NCBI GenBank assembly: GCA_033442325.1 | Contig: JAWQFM010000029.1 | Location: 648,847 to 712,846 of the forward strand | DNA: 64,000 bases | Reading direction: 5' to 3' | Source of the DNA: Salpingoeca rosetta | Taxonomy: Eukaryota > Protista > Choanoflagellata | Shown: positions 45,667 through 59,059 of the stretch, one piece after another | Numbering within the stretch: position 1 is the first letter of the stretch | Layout: the number at the start of each line of letters is the position of its first letter | Translations under genes and position numbers: made by a program | Notes under the pieces: generated by a model | Databases searched by the model: none | Told to the model about the DNA's origin: nothing | The model's input: the letters and a program-made list of their open reading frames with translations, nothing else

Positions 45667-48235
45667 TCATTCCTCCACACGCTCATCATCGTCGTCAACA
45701 TAAACCAACCTCCCTTCCCCATTCCCCTCCTCCTCCTCCTCCCCGTCGTGCACATCGCCCTCCTCGTCGTCGACTGCGCTCTCGTTAAGCTCGCGCCTGA
45801 CATCGTCTGCGTCATCGCCTTCTTGGAAGATGACTGTGAATTCAGGCCACACCTTGTTCGTGGTGATGGTCTTACACTCACCGCGCATCTGAAAGGTAAA
45901 CGGCGCAGCGGTGAGCGGCAGTGTGTCGACGTTGTCAAACACGCACGCGTTCACAATCAGGCGGCGCACGCCAGCAAAGCCGCTCCAGTCTTCAATCTGA
46001 CATCCGTCCAGCACACACGTCGTCACGTTGCTGGTGGATGGCACGCGCACGTGCTCAATCGCGATCAAACGCGCGCGTCGCACATCTGCCAGCGTCAGCG
46101 TCAGGGCGCCTTCGTCCACCTTGACAAAGTCAGCGCCTTGAACGGAAACTGCACCCTCACACCCGCAAAGCCCGAGTTGACCAACACCGTGTACTTGACC
46201 CTCCATGGCGCACCCGTACATCTGCACGTGTTCGTGGTTGCACAGCAGTGCCATGGTTGGCTGGGCGAGCTTGTTGTGGGCAGTTTCAAAGGCCACTTGA
46301 AGGCGGCTGGCGACTGCAACGTCGGGCACGTGCTGTGCACTCAGGGTGTCGACGTTGACTGCCTGCACGCACGCGGGAAGCGGCCGGCGAATGTTGCAGC
46401 CGTCCGCAGCCACCTCCACGCGCACGTCAGCGCTTACGTTCTCCAGCAGCGACAAATCGAACGTCGGGTCGTGAGCCGCGTTGATGATGAGCGTGCGAAC
46501 GCGTCCGTTGAGGCTGCGCAAGAGGGCAGCGTCCAGCCCTGTCACGAAAGACAGGCTGAGGACGTCAACTCGCCCAAACGCAGGCAATGTCTGCAACTGA
46601 TCGCAGCGGTGCAGCGCCAAGACGTCGAGAGCCTCAAAGCCGAGGTCAAGGTGGGTGGTGTCCGTGTTGGAGAGGTGCACGCGCGTGGCGTGTGGCAGCT
46701 TAATGTTCAACTGCATCCCGCCATCCAGCTTGAACGCGCGTGCATTGCATGTGAAGTCGCTGTCAATGCCCTGGCATCTGTGCAGTTCGAGATGGTCCAC
46801 GTCCTGGAGACAGACGGCACCGGACGCAAGCTCCACCTGATACAGAACAACCCGCCGCGCGTGCGCCAGGGGGCCAGCCGACACGTTGTCAAGGCGCATG
46901 AGCGTGACATCGGACACGTTGGCGAGGGCGTTGATGTCGCTGATGGACTGCTCCTCGTCGCCAAACACCTTCACCTTGCGCACGTTGTCCAGGGTGCCCC
47001 TGAGGTAGCGCTGGTCGGCAGCAAGGTGCCAGTGCAATTCGACCACGTTGTGCAGCTCAACGCTGTCGATGACGGCGTCATCTGCACATTCGATGTGGAC
47101 ATGCCGAGCATCGCGCACACGCACATGATCCAGTGGGCCGTGCGTGCACAGGAACAGGCGGTCGCACGTGCACTTGTGTTGTTCTTGCAGTGTCTCGATG
47201 CGGCGCATGACCTCGTTGAGGGAGGCCTGGTCCTCAACCCCTGCTTGCGCCATGAACAGGGCGGGGCGCATGGCTGGGTTCTTGTGCCGAAACGTTTGCA
47301 GTGGTTCCTCCTCGGTTCGCTCGTCACCGTTGTTGGCAGGGGTGCCGCAATCACCAAGGCCGTTGTCACCCTCGCCCAGCTGGCCATCGCCATTGCCATC
47401 ACCATTCTCATCGCCATGCTGCGGCCGCGGTAGCTGTGCCGTGCCGTCGGTCCAAAGGAAAATGTCGGCCGTTGAGAGGCCCCGGAAAGTGATGCGGCCG
47501 TAGCGGCCAAACGCCTGCATGAACTTGGGTGTGCGCGGGCTAAAGGCCAGGAACTGGCACGTGCTCACCCACGTGGCGCCCAGCCAGGAATGCACGAGGA
47601 AGCGATCTTCCAGCCACGCATGCATGCTGCTGCTGCTGCTGTTGCGGCTGGGTGGGGCACTGATTGAGTGCGTGGCAGCACGGGGATCTGCCAGTCCACA
47701 GGCGCCATCACAAGCAAGCGGATCGCCGGTGCTGCCCTTTGTGCCTTTGTCGTCTTCTCTGCGGTTGTCAGAGTCCTTGCCTCCATCATTTTCTTCCCCT
47801 CCTTCTTCTTCTTGTTCTTCCTGCTGCGGTTCTTCTTCCTCCCACTGGAACGTGTCCAGCCACGCGCCGGAGACGTAGCACGTGTGCCGTTGGCCCAGCA
47901 TGTCTGTGCGCACAAGGTGTGCCAGATACCACTTGGGAAGCGCCCAGGGAAGTTCGTTGTAGAGCGTGCGGCACGACAACATGAGGTTGAGGACGGCGCG
48001 CGCTCCATCGCGTTCTCGCGCGGACAACAAGTCGGCGTCCACGTCATCTTCCTGAAGAGCCCGGCCCACACAGTAGCCCTCACCGTCATCAAAGCCTTCG
48101 CGATCCTGGTTGATTCGTGCAAACTGCTGTGCGAGCAAGTGCTGTGCAACACACGCCCACTCGTGCACACCAAGGCCGCCAGGGGCGGCACTTGTGTTGA
48201 TGTCGGTGGACGGAACAGAGGAAGGTTGTGAGGTC

Positions 48236-48237
<2 letters not shown>
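45667..48237 (-). CDS. Intronless 856-aa protein with possible split F-box-like N-terminus, degenerate leucine-rich repeats and acidic tail
   Basis: Uninterrupted ORF with coding-like composition. It contains LGVHEWACVAQHL...VLNLMLSCRTLY and repeated LxxVxxLxLxxC-like units (LQDVDHLELHRC, FEALDVLALHRC, FAGVRRLIVNAC). Confidence 0.7.
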
Positions 48238-48300
<63 letters not shown>

Positions 48301-48680
48301 TGTTGTTGTCTTGTGTGCTGTCTCTTGCTGGGTGTTGTTGTGCGTTTTGTTTGGGCTTGTTTGGACCGGTGGCGATTAGCTGGTATCTTTGCAAAAACCA
48401 CTGAAACAGAGGGTCGTCAAAGAAGGACGCACGTGATGGCGTGCCACCAGCCAAGCGCTCAAGCGCATCGCAGCAGAACAGCAAGGACAACAAGACAGCA
48501 GGCTTTGTGGAGGGTGGCGGGCGCAGAGAGGAGGCACATACAAAGACAAAACAAAACAAAGAGGCCAACAAGATGAAAAGCTCAACAGTACATACATGAA
48601 CAGCGCACGACAGCACGACCTTCGCAGAGACGGAAAGGCAAGGGGTTCCTGGGATCAGGCCACCAATCGCAGTGCAGTCA

Positions 48681-51600
48681 TTACGCAGGGCAGTCAGCGG
48701 TAACGGTCAGCTGGTAGTCGCCAGTGTCAGAGGAAGAGGTGCCGAACACCACCAGAAAATATGTGGCCCCAGCGCCAGGGTTCTGCAGAAAGATGTATTC
48801 GTTGTCAGTTGTGGATGTCGCGGAAGTAACAGGAGCACCCTCCGAGGTAAACAATTCAAGGTCGAAGTTGGCCACGGCGTGCGTGAAGTAGCAGTTGATG
48901 GTTGCGTTGCCACCCGAGCACACGTCGAAATTGAACCAATCCTCGTCGTCTGTGCAGATGGTGGAGTTTAGGTCAACCGGTACAGTGACCGTGGTGGTGA
49001 TGTCTGGTGGGCTATCGTTTGGCTCGTATTGATCGCAGAGGCCCATAGTTGTTGTGGTTGTGGTGGTGGTTGTCGTGGTGGTGGTTGTCGTGGTCGTCGT
49101 TGTGGTCGTGGTTGTCGTGGTCGTGATGGTCACGTTGCAATCCATATCCGCCGTTGTCAGCGCACAGGAGCGGCTGTCGGGGACACATGTGGATGATTGG
49201 GATGGTGAGTGGAGATGTAAACGGGAGATACAAGCGTGGCTGTTAGATACATGGGGCAAACGCGGAACGGGAGCACACGCAGGAGTGGGAACAATAATCC
49301 TCCGTGATAGACGCACACGCACAAGCACAGAAGCAATAACGCATTGGGCACGTTGCATTGAGCACTGCGCTTCGACCCGATCAGGGCGTTTCGACTCACT
49401 AGCAAGCGAGGATAACCTTCACGTCGGTGTAGTTGTCACTGGGCATGACCTCGTCGCAGTCTGCCAGGCAGATGCCAAAGTCAACCAGGCCAGAGGTGCT
49501 GTGGTGCTCGTAGGACGCAACGCACTCAGAGAACGTGTCGCGCACGTTGTTCTCAAACATGGCCTGGTTTGTGTGGTGAAGTGAGGGGGAGGGGGTTTAT
49601 TTATGAGTGTTGAGTGTGTGAGAGTGTGTGTGTGTGTGAGTGAGAGAGTGAGTGAGTGTGTGTGCATGTGTGTGTGTAAGTGCGAGTGCAGTGCGAGCAT
49701 GCGTGCGTGAATGCCATACACGAACAAAATGTGCACACAACTGGGGTGTGCACTGTGCAGCCAGCACAGGCCACACACCACACCACGCACCCAACCATTC
49801 ACGTGCTGTGACTTACCGCGCCAAGGCAGCTGTAGACGTTGTCATCGCACGTGTAGTCACAAGGAGGAAGGGTAGTTGTAGTCGTGGTGGTTGTTGTTGT
49901 TGTCGTTGTTGTCGTTGTTGTGGTGGTGGTCGTGGTGGTTGTTGTCGTCGTTGTCGTCGTCGTCGTTGTGGTTGTAGTTGTGGTGGTGGTTGGTGCGTCC
50001 ACCTCACGCACATCCACGACGGTGCAGCGGTTGAAGCGGAAGGTTGTCGACTGCGCGCACACAAGCAGGTCGTCGACATGTGCGCTGTTGAGGGCGCTGG
50101 TGCGGAACGAGGTGGCGTTGATCACGTCAATCGTGGCAGATGTGTCGCCCTTGTACCGGCACAGCTGCATGCGTGGGTGTTGGAAACAGGTGAGCCAACG
50201 CTGCCGTGCAGTTGAATGGGTTGGATTGGTCTGTCGGTGCATGCAGTGTAGCGTGTCTGCATGCAAGCATCCAACCACACGTACATGCACTAAACGCACT
50301 CAACACACACACACATGTGCGCACACATACCCTGGAGATTTCGCAGTCGTCCTCGAGGGCCTGCTTCCAGCGTATGGCAAAGAAGTCGAGCTCCTCCTCA
50401 TTGCGCTCTGTCAGCGGATCGCCACGCGAGCAGTCAAGTTCAACCTGATGGAAGGCAACGTGATGTGGCCCGGGGGGGGGTTAGATACGGGCACACGCGG
50501 CGAGGAAACATATTGAAACTAATCAACAATGGCTCAATGGGCCGTGCTTGCAGGCAAACAAGGTACCGTGGAGACAATAACAGAGTCATGTGGACAATAC
50601 GACGGTGTCATATTACGCCCCTATGCACGCACGCACGCACACACACATAATACACACGCACGCACGCACGCACACACACACACACATAATACACACAATG
50701 CGCGGAACGCACAGCAAAGTAGGTGTCAAATGTGGCCTGGGTGCAGTTTGCGACAGCAAAGCAGCCTTCAGTCTCTGTGTCGTTGCAGCGGAAGATCTTC
50801 TGGCAGTCTGGCAGGCGTTGTAAGATGGAAAGATGCACATGCGCAATGAAGGGCGTGAGTTGGCGAGGACAGGGTGGTTTTGTGGTGAGTGGAAAAAGGG
50901 AGAAGACAGAGACGGAAGATATCCACACGCACACGAGTACACCCACCCACACTCACCCCCACCCACACACACACACACACACACACTGGTCAACGTACTT
51001 CCGTTGGCGCATTCGTTGAAGTTGGTGCACATGCACTGGCCACCTGCAAAAAGTAAACACACACGCGGGTGGGTGGGGTTGGATGTAACATGGGTGGGGC
51101 AGTGTGTGTTGGTGAGATGGTGATGATGGTTGTGATGATCGCGATGAAAGGGGTACAACCACAAGACCACACCCAGATGGCTAGCCAGCAGGCTAGGCGC
51201 CGGCTCGCCAACTGCACAACTGAACTGGGCGTGCCCCCTGACACACCATCCAAGCCAGCTACCAGGCAACGGCTTTCGTGTTTCTCGCTCAGCCTATCAC
51301 GCAACCCAACCAACACCATGACTCCCACCTCGCTCTTCTGTGCTCTCTTCTGTGCTCTGGCTTCAACCAACGCACCAACTTCGCAGCGGGCCTGGAGCAC
51401 GCCAGTCTCGTGGCCGCCTTGGAAGTAGTAGCCCTCCGAGGACGCAGTCAGGTTGGCGCAGCCATCCAGGTTCTGTCGTGTGCGCAAGGCAATTCAACGG
51501 CAGGATGGCATAGGCAAGCGTGCTGGTGTGAGTGATAAAGTGGATTCAGCCTTTGGATCAGGTGGTGTGTGTAGGAGGGATAAGGAGAGGTGCTTTGTGG

Positions 51601-51937
51601 AGGGAGTCTTTGATGGAATGCGATCAGATGAACCAACCATCCCTTGACACCACAACTACATAAATACGCACAACACAGCACAACCAGAAGAGACACGAAG
51701 CCTCGAAGAGTTGTGCCTCACGAACCGTTTCGGCGAGGAACTCGGAGAGGGTGAGCTCATCTCCCAGGTTGATGCCCTGCAAGTGGCAGTAATCGGAAGG
51801 GAAGCAGACGCAGAGAGGGGGGGGGGGTGAGGGGAATGAGCAAGTGCGTACGGAAGGTGCGAACGCGCGAGGACAGGCAGGGACAGGGTAAGGGCTGGGT
51901 ACAAACAACAAACAAACACACACACACACACACACAC

Positions 51938-51978
<41 letters not shown>

Positions 51979-52068
51979 ACCACACAACCACCAAGAACAA
52001 AATCCCCCTCCTAATCCACAACAACCACAATCAGTGAAAACGGAAGGCGTTGATATGGCTTGGGGCGA
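48681..52068 (-). CDS. Copy 2 of the secreted Cys/Thr-rich PPC-tip protein; 5' end lost in the assembly gap
   Basis: Same exon series as 11628-14995 in reverse orientation, with a different terminal domain: YEPNDSPPD...ICTDDEDWFNF...GDYQLTVTADCPA*. Confidence 0.8.
49130..52068 (-). repeat. Right arm of the inverted duplication (partner ~11700-14580)
   Basis: Reverse-complement match including introns. Confidence 0.95.
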
Positions 52069-52168
52069 NNNNNNNNNNNNNNNNNNNNNNNNNNNNNNNN
52101 NNNNNNNNNNNNNNNNNNNNNNNNNNNNNNNNNNNNNNNNNNNNNNNNNNNNNNNNNNNNNNNNNNNN
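52069..52168. other. Assembly gap (100 N, probably unsized)
   Basis: Run of exactly 100 N. Confidence 0.99.
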
Positions 52169-52496
52169 GACATGACCCACAAACGAGCGATTCGCAAGTG
52201 CGAGAGTTCTTGTCATGAGATGGCGACAAAGACAGGCCGGCCGGGCATACTGCGTTGCCAGTGTGTTGGCATGTTGTTTTGCCAGCGTGCAGGGCGCGGT
52301 CTCGAAGTGAATCAGTCGGTTGGGTGGAGAAAATCGTGTGGCGAGAACGCCAAAAAGCTCATTGCAAATTGCGTCGATGCATGCATGCATTTGTGAGGCA
52401 CGCAACGGAACTTCGATCATCAGTTGTTTTACTCTTTGTGTTGTCGCAATGTCACACGAAGCTGGTCAGTCGTTTGGTTGTGTGTGTGTGTGTGTG

Positions 52497-52534
<38 letters not shown>

Positions 52535-52664
52535 TGTGTGTGTCTGTGTCTGTGTGTGTCTGTGTGTGTCTGTGTGTGTGTATGTGGTTCTCATCTGCCA
52601 CTGCAGCACAGCAGCTGGCATTCAGCACATTTTGAAGTTGGTTCAACCTCGTTTACGATAACAG

Positions 52665-52696
<32 letters not shown>

Positions 52697-52755
52697 AGAC
52701 ACACACACACACAGACACACACACATAAGCACACACAACCCCTAGCACAGCACCC

Positions 52756-55700
52756 TCATCCACCCTTCCCACTACCAGTCTCCAGGACTTCCATGCATGT
52801 GTGTGTGTCAACGAAGAGCGCAGTGGCCCCGTCACCGGAGAGAGCAAGCACGCCACCTCCACTGCCCCCACCGCCACCTCCACCGCCACCGTTGTCATCA
52901 GCAGACGGGATGGCAACTGTCGTCTTCCATACGGCGTTGGCGGTGATGTTGCCAAGGCCGCCCATGCTGGTGTAGTCGATGGTGTTGCGGTTCGGGTCAA
53001 TCACGAGCACAGTGTCTCCATCCGAAGGGAGCACGTGGATGTAGCCCTTGCTGCTCAGCACGGCGCGGGACCACAGGATGCTGGGCAGCGCAGGCACGGT
53101 GCTGATGGTGGTTGTGTCGATGGCATCTGTGTGCGGGTCGATGATGAGCACGACAGGCACTCCTGTCGCCGGGACGCAGTACACCTTGCCGTTGCCTGCA
53201 AGCACGGCCGAGGACCACTTCTTGCGGTCGTCGTCTTCGGTGTACAGGGGAACCGGCAGGGTGCGCACCTCGTCCTTGGCGGCGTCAATGACAAGCACGC
53301 TGGTGGCGCGGAAAGGCGGCGCATATGCCAGGCCGTTGCCTGCAAGCACGCCACCAAGCCACGCGCGGTGGCCGTCGTTTTCGAGCGGCACAGCCACCGA
53401 CGTGGCGTCCGTGGTGTTGGTGGTGGGGTCAAACAGCAGCAGGTAGCCTCCTCTCCACGGCAGCCCGCACACTCGGCCATCACCGACGAGCACGGCCCCA
53501 CGCCACATGTCGTTCGCGCCGGAACGGGCAACAGCATGCACGTCGTGCGTCCTGGCCCAGGGGTCGATGACAAGCACACCCTCAGCCATGGTGGGCACGG
53601 CCACAATCCGCCGCTCATCCTGCGTCAGGACAGCGCCTGCCCAGCGCAGCGTGCCTGCGCTGCCGTCAAACTCAGCCATGGTGGTGGTGTCCACGGTGAA
53701 GGTGGCAGGGTCGATGATAGCCACTGCTGAGGCAACGGATGGGATGGCGTACACGAGGCCGTCGGGGGCAAGCACTGCTGTGTCCCAGGCGATGCCGTCT
53801 TCCAACCCCTCGTTGAGGTTGGTGGGAAACGTGTGCGAGAGTGCGCCGTGTCTGCACCTGTATCGGGTGATGGCATTAAGGGTGGCTGCTGTCCTTGTCA
53901 CGCCTTTTACCACGTCCACGCCGTTGACGAGGATGCGCTGCCCTTGTGTTGCTGTGCGAATGTACAGGTTGCCTTCCACATCCTCTGTCATGTGCACCTC
54001 CCTCTGTCATTGAGTGAGTGAGTGAGTGAGTGAGTGGGTGAGTGGGTGAGTGAGTGAGTGAGTGAGTGAGTGAGTGTGTGAGTGAGTGAGTGAGTGAGTG
54101 AGTGAGTGCGTGGGTGAGTGAGTGAGTGAGTGAGTGAGTGAGTGAGTGAGTGAGTGGGTGAGTGAGTGAGTGAGTGAGTGAGTGAGTGAGTGATTGATAG
54201 ATGCTCGCACTGCACAAGGAAAAAAAAAAGAAGAGAGAGATTGCCTATTTCGCCACCACCATTCACACAGACACACACACACAACCGTACCAGAGGTGCT
54301 TGTTCGATGTGGATGGTGAGCGGCGCGGTTGTTATGAGGCCGCCAGTAGCTGTGATCACTGCCGTGTAGGTGCCGGCTTGCAAGCGCCGGCCTGTTGTCA
54401 CCGTCACACTGCTGGCCTCAATGTGTAAAGCACCACTCGCGCTCACCACAGCACCACCAACCCCTGGCGGCTTGAACAACACGTTCTCCACACGCAACAC
54501 CAGGACATCGTTGCCGTCGGGGTCAGTGATGGCGATGGGGAGCAGCGGTGTGCCCACGGCAACATGGCTCGTGGCACTGGCGTGATATGCGCTGCGCAGG
54601 AACACAGGCGCTTCGTTCACATTCAAGACACGAATGGTCAGGCTGGTTCTCCTGGACAGGGGCGGATCCCCCGTGTCCTCTGCCGTCAACGCAAGGCTGT
54701 AGACAGACGTCCTTTCATAGTCGAGCGGCTTGCGTAGCACAAGAAGGGTTTCGTTGTCGGCGTTTGTGACAAGGGCAAACGTGTCGTCCTCATTTCCCGC
54801 ATTGATGGCCACCGTGACGCCGCTGTTCGCTGCAGACTTGTCGCCGTCAGAGACGCGCAATGCAGTGACAACGCTGCCCACGGCAAGGTTCTCCGACACA
54901 TTGAGCTGGTTGGTGCCCAGGTCCCACATTGGCGTGTTGTCGTTGACATCGTGCAAGTGCACGCGCACCGTGATGGTGGCGTTGAGGGGCGGCGATCCGT
55001 TGTCGCTGACGATGACGCGTAGGTCAAATGTGGGCGGGAGCATTTCCGCGTCCACGGTGTCTGCAACAATCAGCGCGTTGCTGTCCATTGCAAAAGCGTT
55101 TGTGGGGTCCGTTGAAGGGTCGATGGTGAAGGAGAGCGACTGCCCAGCGTCAGGGTCGGAGACCGCAAACACGTGCAGAATCGTGTTGATGTTGGCGTTT
55201 TCTTCGAGCAAGACTTCCACCACAGGCGATGTCGCCACCGGTGCGTCGTTGGCATCGAGGACGATGACGTCGACGTCCACGGTGGCGGACAAGCGCGGCG
55301 AGCCGCTATCGGTCACTCTGACAGTGACGGTGTGCGAGGGGGACGTCTCAAAGTCCAAGGCCTTGTTCAGCAGCAGCACAGCGGACGTGGCAGTGGTCTG
55401 GTTGAGCACGAAGAGCTGCTGCTCGGATGCGGCCGTGATAGAGTCGATCGAGAAGGATAGCTGGTTGTTGGTGGACGACGTGTCTGGGTCCATTGCATCC
55501 ACGGTGACCACGGCGGTGCCCACAGCAGCGTCCTCCCGCACTGTTCTCGTGTACATGTTCGCCGTAAACGAAGGGCGCTCGTTCACGTCTGTGACAAGCA
55601 CAATCACCTGAGCGTTGCTTGTCAGTGCGTTGGAGTCCGTGGCCTGCACTGTGAATTCGTACCGGGCCCGCGTTTCCGCATCCAAGGTACTGGTGAGCAT

Positions 55701-56033
55701 CACATCCCCCGCTGGGTTGATGCTGAACGTGTCGGTGGAGACGAGCGATAGCACAATGTCATCGTTGTCGGGATCCGACGCGGAGACATGGCCCACAACA
55801 GTTCCCTGTGGCGAGTTTTCGCTCACGCTGAACTGAAATGGATCCACCGCAAACTGTGGTGCCTGGTTCGACGCACGCACGCTGTGTGGGAACGCCGAGA
55901 GGAGGAGGAGGAGGAGGAGGAGGAGGAGGAGGAGGAGGAGACGCGAGAAGCACAGGAAGACCGCACTGACAGCGCGGCGATGGTGGTGCATGTTGTTCTT
56001 GTTGTTGCGATGGTGGGTGTGTTCGTCGTGCAT
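52756..56033 (-). CDS. Secreted cadherin-domain protein: signal peptide, 5 cadherin repeats (fifth degenerate), short linker and 7-bladed beta-propeller; one intron (~54290-54004)
   Basis: Poly-Leu signal. Ca-binding motifs xSEN, ASDPD, LDAE/LDFE/LDYE and DVNERP/DANDAP/DVNDNTP/NVNEAP. Exon 2 has seven W-x-x-(A/G)VL...G..Y..P.....V..IDP repeats. A phase-0 splice links the two ORFs. Confidence 0.88.
54011..54192. repeat. (TGAG)n tetranucleotide microsatellite filling the 3' part of the cadherin intron
   Basis: Read directly. Confidence 0.95.
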
Positions 56034-56567
56034 CTTGTTGTCGTTTGTCTGCCTTGTCTTGCTTGCTTGCTTGCAAGCACACAAGAACAAATGTGACGAT
56101 TTTGTGCAAATGTTTTCACCTGCACGCTTGCATGCGTGTAGCAGGAAGCGTGTCTCTTATATGCAAACTGCAATGTTCTGCGAAACGCAGAACGAAAAAG
56201 AAGCGCAACATCGATATCTGCGTCCTTCCTCCAACCACAACACAGCACAACACACGTTCTCATTTCCACCCATCACCACTCTGATACACACGAACCCCCC
56301 CCCCCCCACCCTCCGTCTCCCCCGTCTCTCTCATTCCGGGAAGGAACTGCTGACAAAGGCGCACAACGTGTGTGCCTGGTTCCCTTGCTGACCTTGTTTG
56401 AACGATCCTCTGTCCCTCCTCGCTTCTTGCCTTACTTGTCATACTTTGTGTTTCGTGCCCTCCTTCTCTCGTGTGGCAGCAGTGTGCAGTGTGTTGTTTG
56501 TTGAACCTTCTTCGGATTAGCGTGTGTGTGTGTGTGTGCGTGTGTGTGTATGAGTGCATTGCCTCTC

Positions 56568-56617
<50 letters not shown>

Positions 56618-56867
56618 CCTCTCCCTCTCCCACTCTTTCTCCACAACTAGCTAGCTTTGTTGTAGTTTGCCTGTGTTGGTGTTGGTTTGTCCTTGCGCTC
56701 GTCTGCCCTTGTTGAAGCCACATCACAAGAGCGAGTGACAACATACAGTGAGAAACACAGACAGAGAGCGCTAAACGTCTAGCTTTGCAGCACCTGTTGA
56801 CACGTCGCCTCACCTCCCTCGCGCGCCACAACGACCAACACTTCTTCCACCCTCCTCTCCAAACACC

Positions 56868-57546
56868 ATGCCCCCGTTCCGCCACGCGCTCAGGATGAGC
56901 TTCGACACAGCCAAAGCCGTTCTGGCGAAATCATTCCCGGAGCACAAGGCATTTCCCTCATCCAAGTTTGTCACTGAAGGTGTGTGCGTGTGTGCGTTTA
57001 CCTGCGTGCGTTTACGTGTGTGTGTGTGTCGGTGTGTGTGTGTGTGTCGGTGTGTGCGTGTGTGTTTGTGTGTATTGTACTTTGCGCGTTGGCCACACTT
57101 GCACCCACCACAATCACTGTGTATCAACAAGCATTGTTCACCAGATGTTTTCCAGCTACTCACGCGACACACGCACGCACGCACACACACACACACACGC
57201 ACGCACACACACACGCGCGCACCACCGACTAACGTGCACGTGTCCAGCCAACAATGTACTGATGGCTCGCGGCTACAGCAAGGAGAACACGCTGTTTGCG
57301 TCGTCCTGCTGCTCTGATGAGATCAACCGCCTCCTCGACTATCAGATGAACTCCTGGGGCGAGCACTTCCAGCTTGGCGGCCTTGCTGGTTTCCCCTTTG
57401 TTGGCCGCACGGGCTTTGCCGCTTACCAGTCCCACATGCCTGAGAAAGACGGCAGGTGTGTGTTTGTGTTTGTGTGTGTTTGTGTTTGTGCGTGTGTGTG
57501 TGCGTGTGTGTGTGCGTGTGCGTGTGCGTGTGTGTTTGTGTTTGTG

Positions 57547-57607
<61 letters not shown>

Positions 57608-58874
57608 TGTGTGTGTGTTCATTGGCGTCGTTTCAGCGTCGCCCTCACATGTGCGCCCACCCCCCGTGTTCCCGTTTCCACTGCTCATCACGCACTGACG
57701 CCCACTCCACTGCACCAACTTGACACCTTCAGGCTGTTCATCATGTGCGCTGCGCACGTGGGTGTGTCGCGTGCGGGCAACCTCGGCTACTGCAACCGCC
57801 CCGGTATGGAGAGCGAGTCCAAGGCGTGCGGGTCGGCACTTGGCGCCTACAGCCACCTCCTCGAAAACAACGGCTGCGATGGTGATGGCACCGCTGCAGA
57901 GGTGCGTACGTGTATGTGTGTGTGCATGCGTGAGTGTATGTATGCGTGTGCGTGCGTGTGTGTGTGTATGCATGTGCGTTTGTGCATCTGCATGTGTCCA
58001 TATGAGCAAGTGCTTGAACGTTGTTTGCAGAAGCAACAACACCTGGGCTTTGCCCCATCCACCCCACCACTTACCCTGCTCACACCCACTTCATACATGC
58101 ACCACCACTACCACCACCACCGCCATCATTGTCGTCGTGGTTGTGGTCTGCCAGGCGCTCGCTGTTCACGATCTGCAGCAGCACCTCATCACGCGTCTTG
58201 TCAAGAAACACTTTGACGACATCAAGAAAGCCGGTGTGTGTGTGAAGTGTGTGTGTGAAGTGTGTGTGTGTTTGTGTGTGTAGTGTGTGTGTTTGTGTGT
58301 CTGTCTGTGTGTGTGGTGTGTGTGTGTATAGTGTGTGCATGTGTGTGTGTGTGTATGTGCGTGCGTGTGTGTGCCTCTCTCTCTCTCCCTCTTTCTCTCT
58401 CCTTCTTTCTCCCTCGCCCCCCTCTTTCTCCCTCTGTCTCCCTCGCCCCCCCTCTCTCTCTGTGGTGCTGAGGAGGCGGCCGCGTCATGGCACGCGTCCT
58501 GGTGATATGACTGACGACGATGCGTGTGCACCATCGCATTGCCGCTTCACGCCCGGCACTCACCCCCCCCCCTTTCCCCAAATCTCTCTGCGCCTTTGCA
58601 TAGATGACCCGATCGCCAAGCTGTCGCTTGTGGTTGCGGAGGAGAACTACAACGAGGTGTGCGCCATCATCCCGCCCGACTACGACCGCAGCGAGGTGGC
58701 AATTCTCGCCGGTCTTCAAGTCAACACGGACACTGAGGTGGACGACTTTTTCATTCCGCTCCATTTCAAAATTCGCGGCAAGGACGGCGCTTATCAGGAT
58801 GTGTTTGGCGAGCTTATGTCCAAGGTGAGCACTGTGTGTATGTGTGTGTGTGTATCTGTGTGTGTGTGTGTGTA

Positions 58875-58909
<35 letters not shown>

Positions 58910-59059
58910 ATGTGTTTGCTTGAAGACTGAAACCCTTTTCCCGGTTGTCAAGCGTGCTGTCAAGCGTGCTGTCTTCACGCTGCTCGCCATCTCACATTCA
59001 AATCCATCACCACCACTCGGCACCCATGCAACGCCAAACGCCCCTTGTAGCTCGAGTGA
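56868..59059 (+). CDS. LCIB/LCIC-family (theta-type) carbonic anhydrase homolog, 6 exons
   Basis: NTLFASSCCSDEIN, FQLGGLAGFPFVGRTGFAAYQSHMP, AAHVGVSRAGNLG..NRPG, ACGSALGAY, DLQQ and AILAGLQVNT match the LCIB family pattern with Cys/His/Cys zinc ligands. The last micro-exon CTCGAGTGA at 59051-59059 is tentative. Confidence 0.88.

Noticed and set aside
45484-47433. 649-aa plus-strand ORF
   Set aside because: It is an antisense shadow of the 856-aa minus-strand gene, starts within a CA repeat region and shows no motifs.
49130-52068. Inverted copy as a pure assembly duplicate
   Set aside because: The copies differ by scattered substitutions, indels, repeat lengths and a distinct C-terminal exon that is contiguous with unique sequence. 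Only the last ~200 bp beside the gap look low quality.
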